From Aquifex aeolicus VF5 (GTDB taxonomy: Bacteria > Aquificota > Aquificia > Aquificales > Aquificaceae), in the NCBI RefSeq assembly GCF_000008625.1, contig NC_000918.1, positions 1,200,001-1,232,000 of the forward strand: a stretch of 32,000 nucleotides of DNA, given 5' to 3'. Every line of letters starts with the position of its first letter. The stretch's first letter is position 1. Shown here piece after piece: positions 28,938-32,000 of the stretch. Below the pieces are notes generated by a model. It saw nothing but the letters and a program-made list of their open reading frames with translations. It searched no databases and was not told where the DNA came from. The position numbers were made by a program, and so were the translations under genes.

Positions 28938-29527
28938 CACGTATCGTTAAGGCTCTTTAAGTAAAACCTTTCTCCATCGTACTCAAGAAGGGATATTCCC
29001 GTGTTGTCCATGTGGATGTGCCACATCTTTTCAAGCCCTATCCCGAGAGCGAGACATAGAAGTCCGTGGAGCGTCCCGCCGTGCCCTACGACCGCTAAAA
29101 CCTTCTCTTTTCTACTTTTTAAATCTTCCAAGAATTCCTTAATCCTCTTTTCAAACTCCTTTATGTCTTCCTGCGTTGGGAGAGGATATTTTACAGGGTC
29201 CTTGAGCCAGTTTATTATCATTTCCTTATTTTCTTCAAACATAGTCCAGAAGTGCCTTCCCTCGAGCACTCCGAAGGACATCTCCCTAATCCTTTCATCC
29301 ACGATCAGGTCAATTCCTAGCACGTCGGAGAGGGTGAGAGCGGTCTTGTAAGCCCTCCTCTGGGGTGAGGTTATTATTACCTCTGGCTTTTCTCTCTCAA
29401 ATTGTTTTACAAGAAGTCTTGACTGAACGAAACCGAGGGGTGTTAAATCACTGTCCAGTCTTCCCTGAAATATTCCCTTTTCGTTATACTCACTCTGTGC
29501 GTGCCTTATGAGATATATCTTCTTCAT
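28916..29527 (-). CDS. Histidine phosphatase / phosphoglycerate mutase family protein (start revised)
   Basis: KKIYLIRHAQSEYNEKGIFQGRLDSDLTPLGFVQ (RHG motif as RHA), GHGGTLHGL; ATG at 29527 forms an ATGA overlap with the upstream ORF stop and fits the family N-terminus better than 29578. Confidence 0.88.
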   Translation of the reverse strand: MKKIYLIRHAQSEYNEKGIFQGRLDSDLTPLGFVQSRLLVKQFEREKPEVIITSPQRRAYKTALTLSDVLGIDLIVDERIREMSFGVLEGRHFWTMFEENKEMIINWLKDPVKYPLPTQEDIKEFEKRIKEFLEDLKSRKEKVLAVVGHGGTLHGLLCLALGIGLEKMWHIHMDNTGISLLEYDGERFYLKSLNDTCHLLVLD

Positions 29528-29817
29528 ATCTGCTCGAATAAGACGTCGAGAACTTGCGGTTGAATATCTATTTCCCACTCCTGATAGTAGTACTCTTTAT
29601 TTACAACGGTAACTACACCTAAGTTTTCAAGGTAAAGTAAGACTTTTGCAAGGTTTACAAGTCCACAAATTTGGGCGGATTTTAACTCCTTTATCTTCAC
29701 TCTTGGTATAGGGCGGTCTGCGTTTTTGAATATTTCGAGAAGCTCCTGTTTTACATGGTAGTAAAGTGTTTCAAAGTCACAGGGACCTCCTTTTGGGTTT
29801 AATCCTTCCCTATACAA
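29524..29817 (-). CDS. Conserved-looking hypothetical protein, possible winged-helix fold (97 aa)
   Basis: Same-strand ORF filling the murE-phosphatase gap; TTG start at 29817; stop in ATGA overlap with the downstream gene. Confidence 0.6.
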   Translation of the reverse strand: MYREGLNPKGGPCDFETLYYHVKQELLEIFKNADRPIPRVKIKELKSAQICGLVNLAKVLLYLENLGVVTVVNKEYYYQEWEIDIQPQVLDVLFEQI

Positions 29818-31208
29818 CCATCACCTCCGAGGATTTCTTTAACAACTTGAGCGTCACTGAAAGGATATTTTACACCTTTTATTTCCTGATAGTCCTCGTG
29901 TCCCTTTCCGAGAATGGCTACCATGTCACCTTCTTTTGCCATATCTATAGCCTTTTTTATTGCTTTCCTCCTGTCCGCTTCAATTATTACTTTGTCCTTT
30001 TCACTTATTCCATCAAGGATATCCTCTATAATTTTTTCCGGCTCTTCATCCCGAGGATTGTCCGAGGTAAGGATTATTAAGTCGCTGTACTTCTCCGCCG
30101 CCTTTCCCATGAGCGGTCTCTTTTCTCTGTCCCTGTTTCCTCCTGCTCCGAAAACAGATATGAGTTTTCCTTTACTTAATTTCCGTGCGGTTCTCAGGAC
30201 GTTTTCAACGGCGTCGGGCGTGTGAGCGTAATCAATTATGACGGTAAATTTATCCGAATGTACAACTTCAAACCTTCCGGGAACGTTTACGCACTTTAAG
30301 GCTCTTTGAATAAGGTCCGGTTCTATACCTTTCCACAGGGCGTAAGCTATAGCCGCGGAGAGGTTGTAAGCCTGAAAATCTCCTATTAAGTTTGTGCTAA
30401 ATTCGTACTCTTTTCCTTTAAAGGCAATCCTTAACGCACTTCCCCTAAAGTCCGTTCGGAAGTTCAGAATTTTCAAGTCTCCCTTCTTGCCATAAGTTAT
30501 AATTTCCCCGTGTGTAATTTTCAGCAATCTTTTTCCATAGGTGTCATCTGCGTTTATTATCTTTACCTTTGATTCGTACTCCGTAAAGAGCTTTGCCTTC
30601 GACGCAAAGTAATCCTCCATTGTTTTGTGATAATCTAAGTGATCCTGAGAGAGGTTTGTGAAAAGGACCGCTTCAAACCTTGTGGGATAAACTCTGTACT
30701 GATCAAGGGCGTGGGAAGAGATTTCGGCAACTACGTTCTTTGCCCCGAGTTCGTAAAATTCCTTTAAAGTCCTGTGCCAGGTTATCTGATCAGGAGTAGT
30801 TCTGCCGCTTCCTAAAATTTTTTCTCCGAGCCTGTAATAAATTGTTCCAATCAGTCCTGTCTTTTCTCCTGCTTCCAGAAGTATTTTCTCTATTAGGTGT
30901 GTGGTAGTGGTCTTTCCGTTTGTTCCTGTAATTCCTATTACGTTTAGCCTTTCGGAGGGTTTACCGAAAAATTCGTGAGCCGATTTGCCGAGGGCTTTTC
31001 TCGTATCCTCAACGATTATCACAGGAACTTTAGAACTTACAGGTCTTTCAACGACTACCGCGTAAGCCCCTCTTTCTTCCGCTTCCCTTATAAAGTTATG
31101 ACCGTCAAACCTTGTTCCCTTTATGGCGAAGAAAAGGTAACCTTTCTTTACTTCCTTTGAGTTTAAAGTTATTCCTTTTACACGTTTCAGTATAAAGCTC
31201 AGATCCAT
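29799..31208 (-). CDS. murE: UDP-N-acetylmuramyl-tripeptide synthetase (start revised from 31247)
   Basis: GITGTNGKTTTTHLIEKI, SSHALDQYR, TNLSQDHLDYHKTMEDY, DNPRDEEP; ATG at 31208 (MDLSFILKRVKG); the longer ORF-track start reads through the tRNA. Confidence 0.95.
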   Translation of the reverse strand: MDLSFILKRVKGITLNSKEVKKGYLFFAIKGTRFDGHNFIREAEERGAYAVVVERPVSSKVPVIIVEDTRKALGKSAHEFFGKPSERLNVIGITGTNGKTTTTHLIEKILLEAGEKTGLIGTIYYRLGEKILGSGRTTPDQITWHRTLKEFYELGAKNVVAEISSHALDQYRVYPTRFEAVLFTNLSQDHLDYHKTMEDYFASKAKLFTEYESKVKIINADDTYGKRLLKITHGEIITYGKKGDLKILNFRTDFRGSALRIAFKGKEYEFSTNLIGDFQAYNLSAAIAYALWKGIEPDLIQRALKCVNVPGRFEVVHSDKFTVIIDYAHTPDAVENVLRTARKLSKGKLISVFGAGGNRDREKRPLMGKAAEKYSDLIILTSDNPRDEEPEKIIEDILDGISEKDKVIIEADRRKAIKKAIDMAKEGDMVAILGKGHEDYQEIKGVKYPFSDAQVVKEILGGDGCIGKD

Positions 31209-31219
31209 ATAAAGCACAC

Positions 31220-31312
31220 TGGCGGAGGGGGTGGGATTCGAACCCACGGGCGGGCCTGTAACCCGCCAAGGGATTTCAAATCCCCCGCCTTCGTCCGCTC
31301 GGCCACCCCTCC
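31220..31312 (-). tRNA. tRNA-Ser, anticodon UGA
   Basis: Reverse strand GGAGGGG TG GCCGAGCGG..., anticodon loop TTTGAAA (anticodon 31276-31278), long variable arm GGCGGG/CCCGCC, T arm GTGGG TTCGAAT CCCAC, acceptor CCCCTCC, discriminator G, encoded CCA. Confidence 0.96.
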
Positions 31313-31322
31313 TTCTAATATA

Positions 31323-31631
31323 TTATCCACCACCGTACTCAGAAGCGTCAATCTCAGACTCAAACTCCTGAATAAAGAACTCCACTTCCCTTACAATCTC
31401 ATCGATATCCTTTTTAATAAGGTGTTCAAAGAGCTCTATTTTTCTTTCGTGAGCATGGTCATCTTCTACGTAGTACCTCACCCTTATGTAGGGGAGTTGC
31501 ATTTTAGGATCGAAATCGGGATCTTCGGGAGTCACAACGTCTACATCTACATTTATCCCTTCCGTTTTATTCTTAAAGATTTCCTTCAACTCTAAAATCT
31601 TTGTTTTGTACTTTGTCCAGTCGTACTTCAC
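31323..31631 (-). CDS. Hypothetical acidic protein (102 aa)
   Basis: GTG-start ORF with a consensus promoter just upstream; charged, non-low-complexity sequence (...LPYIRVRYYVEDDHAHERKIELFEHLIKKDIDEIV...). Confidence 0.65.
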   Translation of the reverse strand: MKYDWTKYKTKILELKEIFKNKTEGINVDVDVVTPEDPDFDPKMQLPYIRVRYYVEDDHAHERKIELFEHLIKKDIDEIVREVEFFIQEFESEIDASEYGGG

Positions 31632-31641
31632 AATAATTTTA

Positions 31642-31671
31642 ATAATATTTGAGCGATATACCTTATGTCAA
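31642..31671 (-). promoter_or_regulatory. sigma70-type promoter for the 31631 ORF / tRNA-Ser / murE unit
   Basis: On the reverse strand: TTGACA (31671-31666), 18-bp spacer, TATTAT (31647-31642). Confidence 0.55.
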
Positions 31672-31708
31672 GGTAAATAAGCGAAAAGGGAAAGGAAAAA
31701 AGATTGAC

Positions 31709-31942
31709 TTAAACGTATATCGGTTCTGTGAATTCACTTATACCAGTTTCCAGTCTTGTGAGTATCGCTTTTCCTCTGAGTGAGTTTACAGGAACCCTTT
31801 CTTCTCCGCTTTCTTTAACAATTACTATGTTGTCCTCCTCAATTCTTATTTCCAGAGGAGGATTTCCAGTGGACTTGTCAAGTATGTTTTTATCCCTTAA
31901 AATATCTTGTCCATATACCTTTGCTTCTGCTACTGCGGGCAT
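31709..31942 (-). CDS. Hypothetical protein (start revised; 77 aa)
   Basis: ATG at 31942 is preceded by SD AAAGGAGGTGAG at suitable spacing; the track start (GTG at 31951) falls within the SD region. Confidence 0.6.
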   Translation of the reverse strand: MPAVAEAKVYGQDILRDKNILDKSTGNPPLEIRIEEDNIVIVKESGEERVPVNSLRGKAILTRLETGISEFTEPIYV

Positions 31943-32000
31943 GGTTCTCACCTCCTTTGTTTTCTTTTCTCTTTTTTATTTATTCCTTTTTTGTTTCACG

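Noticed and set aside
29528-29578. N-terminal extension of the histidine phosphatase ORF
   Set aside because: Family proteins start just before KKIYLIRHA; the internal ATG at 29527 overlaps the upstream stop as ATGA.
31209-31247. N-terminal extension MGSNPTPSASVLY of murE in the ORF track
   Set aside because: It translates the 3' end of tRNA-Ser (GGGTTCGAATCCCACCCCCTCCGCCA), a common spurious ORF signature; true start is at 31208.
1-32000. Mobile elements or prophage
   Set aside because: No transposase, integrase, terminal inverted repeats or target-site duplications were seen; coding is uniformly housekeeping.

Overview
The window is a gene-dense chromosomal segment. Protein content and style match a hyperthermophilic Aquificales bacterium, very probably Aquifex aeolicus (identified from memory of its gene products, not by search). 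About 30 credible CDSs are present, nearly all housekeeping: ribE(partial)-pfkA-metE, argF, flgI/flgH, fabG-acpP-fabF-maf, a hemerythrin-like gene, ffh, truD, a DegT-family aminotransferase, lepA, a panE-like reductase, a small DsrE/TusA sulfur-relay cluster, pheT, a 5-formyl-THF cyclo-ligase gene, rny, dnaJ, cfa, ispH, an M23 peptidase, a glycosyltransferase and murE. Non-coding features are a 6S-RNA-like element between pheT and the cyclo-ligase gene, a tRNA-Ser(UGA) wedged between a hypothetical gene and murE, and a four-repeat CRISPR mini-array with no cas genes nearby. I found no convincing new multigene defence or mobile system. The best leads are non-coding or architectural: a 12-bp hairpin burying the Shine-Dalgarno (SD) sequence just downstream of the 6S-like RNA, inverted repeats in the CRISPR-proximal intergenic region, a symmetric back-to-back promoter between flgH and fabG, several operon heads that look leaderless, and 3' overlaps at all six convergent gene pairs.
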